The notes below the pieces were generated by a model. The model saw nothing but the letters and a program-made list of their open reading frames with translations, was not told where the DNA came from and did no database searches. Positions 45,251 through 54,071 of a stretch of DNA of 62,715 bases are shown piece by piece. Origin of the DNA: Gammaproteobacteria bacterium (GTDB taxonomy: Bacteria > Pseudomonadota > Gammaproteobacteria > UBA1113); NCBI GenBank assembly GCA_009885495.1, contig VFKP01000012.1, positions 1 to 62,715 on the forward strand, in the 5' to 3' direction. A program made the translations under genes and the position numbers. How positions within the stretch are numbered: position 1 is the stretch's first letter; each line of letters opens with the position of its first letter.

Positions 45251-46300
45251 TTAGCCTTGCAAGGATTGCATATCGATGACGAAACGGTATTTAACATCAC
45301 CCTTTAAAAGGCGCTCATACGCTAGATTCACATCTTGAATGGCGATGATTTCAATATCGCTTAAAATACGATGTTGAGCACAAAAATCCAACATTTCCTG
45401 AGTTTCTTTTATCCCACCGATTGAAGAACCCGTTAAAATCCGCGGCGGGCTCAGCAAAGATCGCAGTGAAAGTTCAACAGGCTCGGGAGGGATCCCCAAT
45501 GAAACCATGACGCCATCGCGTTTTAAGGTGGCCAAATAAAGATTAATATCATGCTTGGCCGATACCGTATCCAAGATCAAATCAAATTGCTTGGCAGCGG
45601 CTTTCATTGCCGCCTCATCTTTGGATAAAATAACGTGCTTTGCACCCAAAGCCTTAGCATCTTCATATTTATTCAAAGAAGTGGTGAACACGCTGACTTC
45701 TGCACCCATCGCTGTGGCAATTTTAACGCCCATATGACCTAGGCCGCCTAGACCAATGATACCTACCTTTTGACCTGGTCCTACGTTCCAACGCCGTAAA
45801 GGTGAATACGTGGTAATGCCTGCACACAACAAAGGCGCTACACGGGCCAAATCCAGTTGTGGTGCAATCTTTAATACAAAATCCTCATGCACCACGATGC
45901 CTTTAGCATAACCACCATAGGTGGGCGTCTGCTTATCCTGTTCCAGGCTATTGTACGTAAAAGAAGGGCCTTGACTACAAAATTGCTGTAGCTCATCTTG
46001 GCAACTTCCACATTCACGGCAAGAATCCACCATGCAACCCACTCCCACAGCATCGCCGATAGCAAAGCCTATGACCTTAGCGCCGATTTGCTTGACTCGA
46101 CCGACAATTTCATGTCCTGGAACCATCGGATATCGGGCTTGTCCCCATTCACTGCGCGCTTGGTGAATATCGCTGTGGCAGATCCCACAGTACAAAATGT
46201 CAATCAGGATATCCTGCTCTTTAAGCTTTCGTAAGGTTAATTCAAAAGGAACCAATTGATCTTGAGGATGCTGTAGTGCGTAAGCTAATATTTGTGTCAT
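45251..46300 (-). CDS. zinc-dependent NAD(P) alcohol dehydrogenase (YahK/CAD family)
   Basis: Motifs GICHSD and GHEIVGRV, structural Zn Cys cluster CRECGSCQDELQQFC, and Rossmann motif GIIGLGGLGH. ATG at 46300 with a GGAGGA SD. Confidence 0.85.
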   Translation of the reverse strand: MTQILAYALQHPQDQLVPFELTLRKLKEQDILIDILYCGICHSDIHQARSEWGQARYPMVPGHEIVGRVKQIGAKVIGFAIGDAVGVGCMVDSCRECGSCQDELQQFCSQGPSFTYNSLEQDKQTPTYGGYAKGIVVHEDFVLKIAPQLDLARVAPLLCAGITTYSPLRRWNVGPGQKVGIIGLGGLGHMGVKIATAMGAEVSVFTTSLNKYEDAKALGAKHVILSKDEAAMKAAAKQFDLILDTVSAKHDINLYLATLKRDGVMVSLGIPPEPVELSLRSLLSPPRILTGSSIGGIKETQEMLDFCAQHRILSDIEIIAIQDVNLAYERLLKGDVKYRFVIDMQSLQG

Positions 46301-46441
46301 GAAAAGTTCCTCCACAGTTGCATAAATAGGTTGTCCCTAGAGATTAGCAAAATGTCAGTGTAGACGCAATGATCAGGCCCAAGCGAGAAATCAATTGCCT
46401 CCTCCTGATGAGTCATCCCTTTAGGAAAAAATACTTCCCCC

Positions 46442-46470
46442 TTGACAGGAAAGTTTTGATTGAATAAACT
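46442..46470 (+). promoter_or_regulatory. candidate sigma70 promoter for the rpn-like gene
   Basis: TTGACA, 17-nt spacer, TAAACT, located 49 nt upstream of the ATG at 46519. Confidence 0.4.
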
Positions 46471-46518
46471 ATTCAGCATTAATTTAAAATGCTTTACTGA
46501 TTATTTTAAGGACCTCCT

Positions 46519-47535
46519 ATGCCCGCAGCTGAATTTAAGCACGATACCTTTGTTCGGAGACTTTTGGCCGATCAACGTGTACTACATGATTTTTTGAAAA
46601 CCGTGCTACCGGCAAAAATTTTAGCATTCCTTGATCTCAATCCCATCGAAAGACGACCCACACAACATATCAATGATTTTGGTAAAGAGAGTATCTTAGA
46701 TGTTCTGTTACAGATCAAAATCTTAAATGAAAATCGTCATATGTTGATCTCCGCTGAACACCAAAGCCAGCCCAAGCGCTTAATGCCACTGAGAATAGCC
46801 CATTACAGCATCAGTGCTTTAAACGATGCTCTCGACAATCATAAAACTAGGGATCCCAAACGTCCTTTGCCTTTGATTTATCCACTCGTCCTTTATCATG
46901 GCAAGGGCAAGCCCTACCCTTATTCAACGGAACTCAGCGATCTCATCGATGCCTCAGCAGAGCTCTTGGAACATTGCCTTTCTCAAACTCAAAAATTTCA
47001 GTTGTTTGATTTAAATCAAATTAGCCTTGAAACCCTTCAAAAAAATATTTGGGCCGCGCCTTTATTCTGCGCTTTAAAATTCATCTATGCAGCCGATATT
47101 CTAGCTTTAAAAGACGATGTTTTATTAAACGTTTTGCGCACTTTAAGCAGCCAAGGGGGGCGAAAAATCGTCTATGTTGTGCTAAGATATCTGATAACCA
47201 AAGGCAAAATCAGTGATCCCAAGGCATTCAAAGATCTCATTTACAGTCAATTTTCGCATCCCATAGGAGATAAAATCATGAGTACCGCTAAAACTTTTGT
47301 AGAACATGGCATTGAAGAAGGCTTACGGCAAGGGATCATTAAAGGTAAGCTCGAAGGCAAGCTCGAAGGTAAGCTCGAAGGTAAGCTCGAAGGCAAGCTC
47401 GAAGGCAAGCTCGAAGGTAAGCTCGAAATGGTAGAGCGATTGATCGCTGAAGGGGTTGATCTGCGCTTTATTCAAAAAATAACTGATCTATCGCTTAAAG
47501 AACTGCAAGCAATGCTCTCAATCAGTAATTTCTAG
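46519..47535 (+). CDS. Rpn family (YhgA-like, PD-(D/E)XK) recombination-promoting nuclease / putative transposase
   Basis: The N-terminus KHDTFVRRLLADQRVLHDFLKTVLP and SILDVLL...ISAEHQSQ match the YhgA/Rpn pattern. The C-terminus has EG-rich helical repeats. Confidence 0.65.
   Translation: MPAAEFKHDTFVRRLLADQRVLHDFLKTVLPAKILAFLDLNPIERRPTQHINDFGKESILDVLLQIKILNENRHMLISAEHQSQPKRLMPLRIAHYSISALNDALDNHKTRDPKRPLPLIYPLVLYHGKGKPYPYSTELSDLIDASAELLEHCLSQTQKFQLFDLNQISLETLQKNIWAAPLFCALKFIYAADILALKDDVLLNVLRTLSSQGGRKIVYVVLRYLITKGKISDPKAFKDLIYSQFSHPIGDKIMSTAKTFVEHGIEEGLRQGIIKGKLEGKLEGKLEGKLEGKLEGKLEGKLEMVERLIAEGVDLRFIQKITDLSLKELQAMLSISNF
47278..47535 (+). CDS. candidate nested in-frame small protein (RpnS-like), 85 aa
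   Basis: An in-frame ATG at 47278 is preceded by AGGAGA with a 7-nt spacer, inside the rpn-like ORF. It would encode MSTAKTFVEHGIEEGLRQGIIKGKLE(x7)MVERLIAEGVDLRF... Confidence 0.3.
   Translation: MSTAKTFVEHGIEEGLRQGIIKGKLEGKLEGKLEGKLEGKLEGKLEGKLEMVERLIAEGVDLRFIQKITDLSLKELQAMLSISNF
47344..47427 (+). repeat. 7 perfect tandem 12-bp repeats (gg[tc]aagctcgaa) encoding GKLE x7
   Basis: Read directly from the sequence. Units differ only at the synonymous third base of the Gly codon (t,c,t,t,c,c,t). Confidence 0.95.
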
Positions 47536-47699
47536 ATTCCGTTCAAAAACGAGCAGGGATTACCTCGGCCTCTGAGCGTGCTCAATCCAAAATCGTAGAA
47601 ATAGCTCCCTGGGCTCAGCCAAAAACCTTGCATTAACCCTGCATTCAGACTAAGATAGCTTTCAGAATGTCTTTCATTTTAAACTTTAGGGGTTTCAGA

Positions 47700-48134
47700 A
47701 TGCATCAGTATAAGCATATTATGTTTTGCGCAGACTTGAGTGAGCATAGTCTGATCACAGCTCAACGGGCTATCAATTTGGCCGAAAAATACTCTGCAAA
47801 ACTGAGTATTATTCATGTCGTTGAATCCCTTCCCGCTTACGCCAGTGGCTATTTAGGCGTTGCCGATGTCGAACGTGAATTAATTGATACGGCTAAAATT
47901 GAATTAAAGAAGCTCTCTGCCAAATTCAATATTCCCGCCGAACAGCAAGTTTTGGTGGTGGGTAATCCTGCCTTAGAAGTTTTTGCTCAAGCCAAAGAAT
48001 TAGGGGTAGACTTGATCGTTGTCGGCAGCCATGAAAAACATGGTTTAGGGCGTCTTTTAGGCTCGAATGCCAGCGGTATTTTACATAAAGCTCATTGTGA
48101 TGTCTTAACAGTTAAAATCCAGGCGGATACTTAA
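47700..48134 (+). CDS. universal stress protein (UspA family)
   Basis: Usp fold motifs: IMFCADLS, LSIIHV and DLIVVGSHEKHGLGRLLGSNASGILHKAHCDVLTV. Start trimmed to the ATG at 47700. Confidence 0.8.
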   Translation: MHQYKHIMFCADLSEHSLITAQRAINLAEKYSAKLSIIHVVESLPAYASGYLGVADVERELIDTAKIELKKLSAKFNIPAEQQVLVVGNPALEVFAQAKELGVDLIVVGSHEKHGLGRLLGSNASGILHKAHCDVLTVKIQADT

Positions 48135-48211
48135 TTATATTAGGGTGTAAAATGGAATTCTATGAACACATTATTAGTTTGCGTTAATAGAAATAGAGAT
48201 TTATGAAGTAT

Positions 48212-48250
48212 CACTATTCACCCTTAAGGGCGGGTACTACAAAGTACAGA
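48212..48250. repeat. copy c of the short dispersed palindromic repeat family
   Basis: cactattcacccttaagggcgggtactacaaagtacaga. It contains both the 5' half shared with 7436 and the 3' half shared with 40766. It ends 19 nt upstream of the yciB ATG. Confidence 0.55.
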
Positions 48251-48269
48251 CAAGGCAGCAGCAGTTCCT

Positions 48270-48821
48270 ATGAAATTATTCTTTGATTTTTTCCCTATCC
48301 TGGTTTTTTTCTTAACCTATAAATTTTTCGGTATTTATGTGGCCACCGGCATTGCCATCGCCACGAGCTTCGCACAGCTTTTGTTTTATTGGCTCAAATT
48401 TCACCGCATCGAAACTATGACCTTGATTTCTTGTGTGATCATCACTATTCTCGGTGGATTTACCTTATTTCTGCATAATGATCTCTTCATTAAATGGAAA
48501 CCTACGGTTATTTATTTGGCTTTTGCCTTGGCCTTCTTGTTCAGCGGGTTTTTTTCCAGCCAATCCTTATTACAACGGATGCTAGGCAGCTCCTTAAAAT
48601 TATCTTCCGCTATTTGGAAACGTTTAAACTATATTTGGGTAGGCTTTTTTATACTGATCAGTGGCTTGAACCTTTATGTAGCCTATCATTTCTCAACCAA
48701 TACCTGGGTCTATTTTAAATTATTTGGCATCATTGGCTTAACCTTGATTTTTTTACTGGCCCAAGGGGTCTATATTTCAAAATTTGTCGAGGCCGATCAC
48801 AATATTAAGAGTCAAGAATAA
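48270..48821 (+). CDS. yciB: intracellular septation protein A (YciB/IspZ)
   Basis: 183 aa, colinear with E. coli YciB as I recall it (FDFFPILVFF..YK, LFLHNDLFIKWKPTVIY). Confidence 0.8.
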   Translation: MKLFFDFFPILVFFLTYKFFGIYVATGIAIATSFAQLLFYWLKFHRIETMTLISCVIITILGGFTLFLHNDLFIKWKPTVIYLAFALAFLFSGFFSSQSLLQRMLGSSLKLSSAIWKRLNYIWVGFFILISGLNLYVAYHFSTNTWVYFKLFGIIGLTLIFLLAQGVYISKFVEADHNIKSQE

Positions 48822-49090
48822 TGAATACTCCTCATGAAGAAACAGTACGAGAAATTAAAAACCGTTTGAATTCAACCCTTATTCCTTCTTTTTTAGAAGT
48901 GATAGACGATTCTGCCGAACACTTAGGACATCTTAATGCCACGAGTGAACAAGGTCATTTTACGGTGATTATCTCCAGCGCTCGATTTTCCACCCTTTCT
49001 TTAGTTGCCTCGCATCGCTTGGTCTATCAAGCTTTGGGTGATTTAATGCCCTCAAAAATCCATGCTTTGAAAATTAAGATCAAGGATTAA
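48821..49090 (+). CDS. BolA family protein
   Basis: 89 aa with the pattern DDSAEHLGH...GHFTVIISSARFSTLSLVASHRLVYQAL. TAATG overlap with yciB. Confidence 0.7.
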   Translation: MNTPHEETVREIKNRLNSTLIPSFLEVIDDSAEHLGHLNATSEQGHFTVIISSARFSTLSLVASHRLVYQALGDLMPSKIHALKIKIKD

Positions 49091-49159
49091 GACTGGAAAC
49101 TGCAAACTTGAGAAAAAAACAGATACTATTAGAAGCTAAGGACAAAAGGAATAAGCTCA

Positions 49160-49921
49160 ATGGCTCCTGAATACATTTACTATGAACAGCCCCTAAATGA
49201 GTTAGTGCGCACCTGCCTACGCCTGGAATATCTGGCTGATCTATTACAATACCATTTAAAAACCCCCAAAGCAGGATCGGTCCACGCCGCATTAGACACC
49301 CTACTGGACATTTTGCAAATCCTCGACCGACCCGACATTAAAACAAAGTTTATTTCTGAATTTCGGCGCTATATTGAAAATTTTCAACAGTTTAAAAATA
49401 ATCCAGCGGTTAATAACAGCTCGCTTAATTTAGCTTTAAATGAATTAAATACTTTGATAGAATTATTGCAGCCTAAATACGGTAAATTTGCTCATACCAC
49501 ACGCGAAAATAGCTTTATCGCCAATATGCGTCAATATTTTTTAACTCCAGGCAGCACCTGTAATGCTGACACACCGCATTATCATCATTGGATGAATCTG
49601 CCAGCAGAAAAACACCAAAGCTATCTTAAATTGTGGACCTCAGACTTAGATGAACCTTACAAAGCCGTTAATCTCTTGCTCAAATTGGCCCGAGAAAGCA
49701 CCCAAAGTCAAAAGCTGATTGCTGAAAATGGATTTTACCAAAAACCTCTAGCCCCCAATCGTTCTTGTCCTTTGGTTCGGGTAGGTCTAGATCGCAACGG
49801 TTTAGTCTTTCCGGTCATGAGCCTAGGTCGTCATCGCTTAGTCATTCATTTCTTTAATTCTGCCGTAGATGAACGTCCACAACAAGTGCACGATAACATT
49901 CCCTTTATTTTGATGGATTAG
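49160..49921 (+). CDS. zapD: cell division protein ZapD
   Basis: 253 aa. The N-terminus YEQPLNELVRTCLRLEYL matches the ZapD signature. Confidence 0.8.
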   Translation: MAPEYIYYEQPLNELVRTCLRLEYLADLLQYHLKTPKAGSVHAALDTLLDILQILDRPDIKTKFISEFRRYIENFQQFKNNPAVNNSSLNLALNELNTLIELLQPKYGKFAHTTRENSFIANMRQYFLTPGSTCNADTPHYHHWMNLPAEKHQSYLKLWTSDLDEPYKAVNLLLKLARESTQSQKLIAENGFYQKPLAPNRSCPLVRVGLDRNGLVFPVMSLGRHRLVIHFFNSAVDERPQQVHDNIPFILMD

Positions 49922-49949
49922 AGGTTTCATCGTCACGGCTGTCTCTGGG

Positions 49950-52250
49950 TTAGGTTTCGTCCAAACAATAGAATAGATATCGCCTTTGCCCCTGAACATC
50001 CTCTTCTATTTTAGCGCCATGCACTTCGTTTTCAAAACCTGGAAAAGCGTTGTCAAAATCTTGCAGCAATTTTAAAAAATCAATGATAAAAACTTGATCC
50101 GCAGTCACTTTTTCACCCGGCATAATAATCGGGATCCCCGGAGGATAAGGCGCCACCATGGTTAATACGACTTGACCTTGCAATTCATCCAATCCCAGAG
50201 CCACTCGACGCCCCGAAATCAAAGCTTGATAAGCTGCATTCGGCGTTAATACCTGTTCAGGAAGGCTGTCGTAAGCATTCATCAATAGATGGGCAGCGTT
50301 GCGTTGACTTAAAAAAGCATGCATCTCATGAGCCAGATCCAGCAAATTCATCTTAGCATAGCGCTGATGATAACGCTGAGTTAATTGTGGAAATATTTTT
50401 TGAAGCGGAGCTCCTTGATTAAATAATTCTTTGAATTGCGTCAATTCCATCAATAAAGTCAAAGCCTTGCTTTTATTCACCCCAATCGAAAATAAAAATA
50501 GTAAACTGTAAAAACCGGTCTTTTCATCCAGCACACCATTTCGGATGAGGTAACGGCTGATAATCGGAGCAGGGATCCCAAAGGCTTGAGACTCTGCACT
50601 GGCATTAATCCCCGGCGTCAGTAAAGTCACTTTAATGGGGTCCAGAAATAAATGGTCTTCATCCATCTTTAGAAAGCCATGCCAAGGTTTTTGAGCGCTC
50701 AGTTTCCAAATTCCAGCGCCATGATTGGAACTGGGAAGAAATTGACAATCTTCATCTAAAATAATATCCCCTACCTCATCGGGCTGCCAAAGTTTAAAAC
50801 TCCAGTTATCCGCGGTATCAATGGGATTAGACTTAAAATTGACTTTTGAAAATTCCTGACGGAAAGCTATGGCCGTTGCCATAGCTGAACCCAATAAACG
50901 CGTACCGGAAGCCCCTGCCATCATGCGCGAAGACACATCCAAAGAAGCGATAATACTGTATTGCGGCGAAGTTGAGGTATGCATCATAAAAGATTCATTC
51001 AAAATTTCTTTTTCAAGAGGGCCGCTGCCCTGCTTGACATGGAGCATTGAAGCTTGAGAAAAAGCAGCTAATAATTTATGGGTGGATTGGGTGCTAAAAA
51101 TAGTAGGCGGATTTTTTAAGCGGCTTGAACTCATTGCAAATTTATCCTGATAAAAGGGATGGAATCGGCCATATGGAAACCAAGCTTCATCAAAATGAAT
51201 AAAATCAATGCCCGATTGCGAAAGCGAAGTTTTTATCGCATCAACATTGTAAATCAAGCCATCATACGTGCTATTGGTAATCACCGCTAAGCGCGGCACC
51301 ATTTCTTTATTGTCCACTAAAGGGCAGGCCAATATCTTTTTTCGAATGACCTCTGGACTAAATTCAGCTTTAGCGATACCGCCAATGATGCCATAGGCAT
51401 TTCGGCTGGGTTTAAAATAAATAGGGATCACATCCGACATCGTCAAGGCATGCTGCAATGATTTATGACAATTTCTATCGATAATGGCCAAATCATTTTT
51501 CCTGGCCACCGACATCATCACGACTTTATTGGACGTTGAAGTACCATTGGTGACAAAAAAAGTTTCATCAGCACCAAAAACCTGCGCGGCATAGGCTTCA
51601 GCTTCACCCACCACCCCACTGTGTTCTAATAAAGAGCCTAATTCTGGGACGGAAATGGAAAGATCACTGCGAAAAGCATTTTCGCCATAAAAATCATAAA
51701 ACAGCCGCCCTGTGGGTGATTTCAAAAAGGCAACGCCCCCCATATGTCCCGGGGTATGCCAGGCATATTTATATTCCAGAGTGTATTTCACCAAGGCTTT
51801 AAAAAACGGTGGTAATAAACTGACTAAATACTTAAACACCTGTTGCCGAATACGACCGGCAACGAAAGCCGGGGTATCATCATACCGCCACAGAATACTC
51901 TGACATTCATGCAAAAGTTCCATATTGAGTAAATTGATTTCGACGCTCTGCGTTAAAATAAGAATGGGGATCTCTGGATTGACAATTCTGACTCGCTTAA
52001 TAAAATCAATGCAGGCTTTTTCAGGATGATCTTTAGGAAAATACTCTAAACTCAAGAGCAAGCTGGAAGGATCGCTTTTTGATTTTAAGATCATCAAGAG
52101 ATCTTCATGATCTTGAGTGGCGATCACTTTTAAGCCTTCATTTTCCAAAGCCTGTAAGAGCTCTTCACTGGCCAAGCTCTGCCGTTTGCCTGAATCTTGG
52201 ATCGTATCCAGCCACAAGAGTGGAAATAATTTTAAGTTCACATTAATCAT
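49950..52250 (-). CDS. Orn/Lys/Arg decarboxylase, large biodegradative type (CadA/LdcC-like)
   Basis: 766 aa with an N-terminal wing domain. The PLP-Lys segment STQSTHKLLAAFSQASMLHV and MMHTSTSPQYSIIASLD resemble E. coli CadA as I recall it. ATGA overlap with the upstream antiporter gene. Confidence 0.8.
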   Translation of the reverse strand: MINVNLKLFPLLWLDTIQDSGKRQSLASEELLQALENEGLKVIATQDHEDLLMILKSKSDPSSLLLSLEYFPKDHPEKACIDFIKRVRIVNPEIPILILTQSVEINLLNMELLHECQSILWRYDDTPAFVAGRIRQQVFKYLVSLLPPFFKALVKYTLEYKYAWHTPGHMGGVAFLKSPTGRLFYDFYGENAFRSDLSISVPELGSLLEHSGVVGEAEAYAAQVFGADETFFVTNGTSTSNKVVMMSVARKNDLAIIDRNCHKSLQHALTMSDVIPIYFKPSRNAYGIIGGIAKAEFSPEVIRKKILACPLVDNKEMVPRLAVITNSTYDGLIYNVDAIKTSLSQSGIDFIHFDEAWFPYGRFHPFYQDKFAMSSSRLKNPPTIFSTQSTHKLLAAFSQASMLHVKQGSGPLEKEILNESFMMHTSTSPQYSIIASLDVSSRMMAGASGTRLLGSAMATAIAFRQEFSKVNFKSNPIDTADNWSFKLWQPDEVGDIILDEDCQFLPSSNHGAGIWKLSAQKPWHGFLKMDEDHLFLDPIKVTLLTPGINASAESQAFGIPAPIISRYLIRNGVLDEKTGFYSLLFLFSIGVNKSKALTLLMELTQFKELFNQGAPLQKIFPQLTQRYHQRYAKMNLLDLAHEMHAFLSQRNAAHLLMNAYDSLPEQVLTPNAAYQALISGRRVALGLDELQGQVVLTMVAPYPPGIPIIMPGEKVTADQVFIIDFLKLLQDFDNAFPGFENEVHGAKIEEDVQGQRRYLFYCLDET

Positions 52251-53581
52251 ACTATCACCTTTCGCTGTTCTTTATTCCACAAGACCCAGCTGTATGCGGG
52301 GATCCCTAATAATAAAACAATAAACCCCCAAAAAACAATTTTATGCCCTTCGCCTAAAATCGCCCAGAAAATATAAGCCATGGCAGCCAGACTGATAAGC
52401 AATTCCAGCCAAGGACGCTTATTTTTCAAGACTTCAGAGGTTTCAGTGTTGGGTGCTCGAGCTAGAATACTTAAGGCCACCGCCGAATACAAATACGGTA
52501 ATAAAGTGAGAAAAACTGCAATTGAAGCAATAATTTGAAATTGTTTGCCTAAATTCGCCGAATGTGTCAGTAATAAGAGTACACTCATTAAAATGGCGAT
52601 CACCACCAATCCTCGGCTAGGAACATCGTGACGATTCAAGCGCGCAAACACTTTGGGAAATAAGCGATCTTCGGCAGCCGCTTGCGCTGATCCACCGACC
52701 AATAAAATCCAACCCGCCAATGAGCCCAAACAAGCGATGATCGCGGCCACACTGACAATTTTCCCAGCCGTTTCGCCCAAGGTTAAAGTAGCCACCAAGG
52801 AAAATGGCGAAGCCGAATGCGCCAAAACAGCATTAGGAACAATCCCCATAATCACCGATGAACTTAAAATATAAACCAAGGCAGCAATCAAAGTTCCCCC
52901 TAAAGTGGCAATGGGCACATCTTTGCGTGGATTTTTAGCCATACCCGCACACACAGCTGCCGATTCCACACCAATAAAGGCCCAGAGCGTCAATGCTGCC
53001 GAATGGCTTAAAGCCCAAAAATCACTGTGCCCTGTTACATTATAGGCGGCCGTAAATGTCGATTTATCAAACCAAAACCAACCCAAAACCGCAGTGCCTA
53101 ATAAAGGGACAAACATAACCACACTGGTACAAGAGATCAGGCGTCCTAAAGTCCTAGCCCCACAGAAATTCAGCAAGGTGAAAAACCAAATGAGTCCAAT
53201 ACTGGCGCAAATACCAGGCCAGGGATGCGATAAAAGAGGAAAGAAAAAACTTAAATAGCCCACTGCCGCTAGAGCAATGCCGATATTACCCACCCAATTG
53301 GCCAACCAATAGATATAAATCGTTTGGAACCCTAAATAATCACCCAAGGCTTTTTGGGCATACGCATAAGGACCGCCAGCTTTCGGCAGATGTAAAACCA
53401 AACGGGTAAATAATCCGGCAAGAATGAGAGCCCCTAGAGTGGTGATCAACCAACCCCAGACACTGATGCTGCCAATATTGGCCAAGCCAGTGGGCAATAA
53501 AAAAACACCCGAGCCCATCATATTACTGGCCACCAAAGCCGTTAACATCCAAGGACCCATTTTCTGATTTGGATTAGACAT
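52247..53581 (-). CDS. APA-family basic amino acid/polyamine antiporter (CadB/PotE/AdiC-like)
   Basis: 444 aa, about 12 TM helices, with motif LTALVASNMMGSGVFLLPTGLANIGS. It precedes the decarboxylase gene, as in cadBA. Confidence 0.8.
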   Translation of the reverse strand: MSNPNQKMGPWMLTALVASNMMGSGVFLLPTGLANIGSISVWGWLITTLGALILAGLFTRLVLHLPKAGGPYAYAQKALGDYLGFQTIYIYWLANWVGNIGIALAAVGYLSFFFPLLSHPWPGICASIGLIWFFTLLNFCGARTLGRLISCTSVVMFVPLLGTAVLGWFWFDKSTFTAAYNVTGHSDFWALSHSAALTLWAFIGVESAAVCAGMAKNPRKDVPIATLGGTLIAALVYILSSSVIMGIVPNAVLAHSASPFSLVATLTLGETAGKIVSVAAIIACLGSLAGWILLVGGSAQAAAEDRLFPKVFARLNRHDVPSRGLVVIAILMSVLLLLTHSANLGKQFQIIASIAVFLTLLPYLYSAVALSILARAPNTETSEVLKNKRPWLELLISLAAMAYIFWAILGEGHKIVFWGFIVLLLGIPAYSWVLWNKEQRKVIV

Positions 53582-54071
53582 GTTTTTTCTTCTGATAATG
53601 GCGGTAACGCAAATGCATTTGTCGGGTTGAGCGTTGCCCTAATAACATTTTATGAGCAGGATCGATGTAGACTCTATGATTTAAGGCTTCTCGGCCTAAG
53701 AGCATTCTAAAAATCATGGGGTCTCGATTGGATAAAGTAAGTTCAATCGGATAATGTAAAGGCCCTAGCTCTAAAACAGTTTTAATCACATAACGATGTT
53801 CCTTATGCCCTGTTGAACTGGCCACTACCCTTTCGTCAATGACCAAAGCCTCACAGCTCAAGCTCAGTCTATCAATACCTTGCAATGGATGAACATCAAA
53901 TTGAACCCAGGTTTGTCCCTGTCGGCTTATTTCTAGGATATTAAAGGCGTGTAAGGCCGAAGTTTTAGCTCCAGTGTCGATTTTTGCTTTAATATAAGGT
54001 ACGCCCAAGGCCGACAAGCCGCACCATTCTTGCCAACCCAGCAAAAGCTTTCGTATGCTACTATCAGCCAT
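53574..54071 (-). CDS. retropepsin-like ATP-dependent zinc protease family protein (RimB-like, COG4067)
   Basis: Motif [32 protein letters not shown] (DTGA aspartic-protease-like). An 8-nt overlap with the rimK stop places the start at the ATG at 54071. Its stop also overlaps the antiporter start by 8 nt. Confidence 0.65.
   Translation of the reverse strand: MADSSIRKLLLGWQEWCGLSALGVPYIKAKIDTGAKTSALHAFNILEISRQGQTWVQFDVHPLQGIDRLSLSCEALVIDERVVASSTGHKEHRYVIKTVLELGPLHYPIELTLSNRDPMIFRMLLGREALNHRVYIDPAHKMLLGQRSTRQMHLRYRHYQKKKHV

Noticed and set aside
47344-47427. Tandem repeats checked as a possible CRISPR array.
   Set aside because: The units are 12 bp, contiguous and without spacers, in frame within a CDS. 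No cas genes are present in the window.
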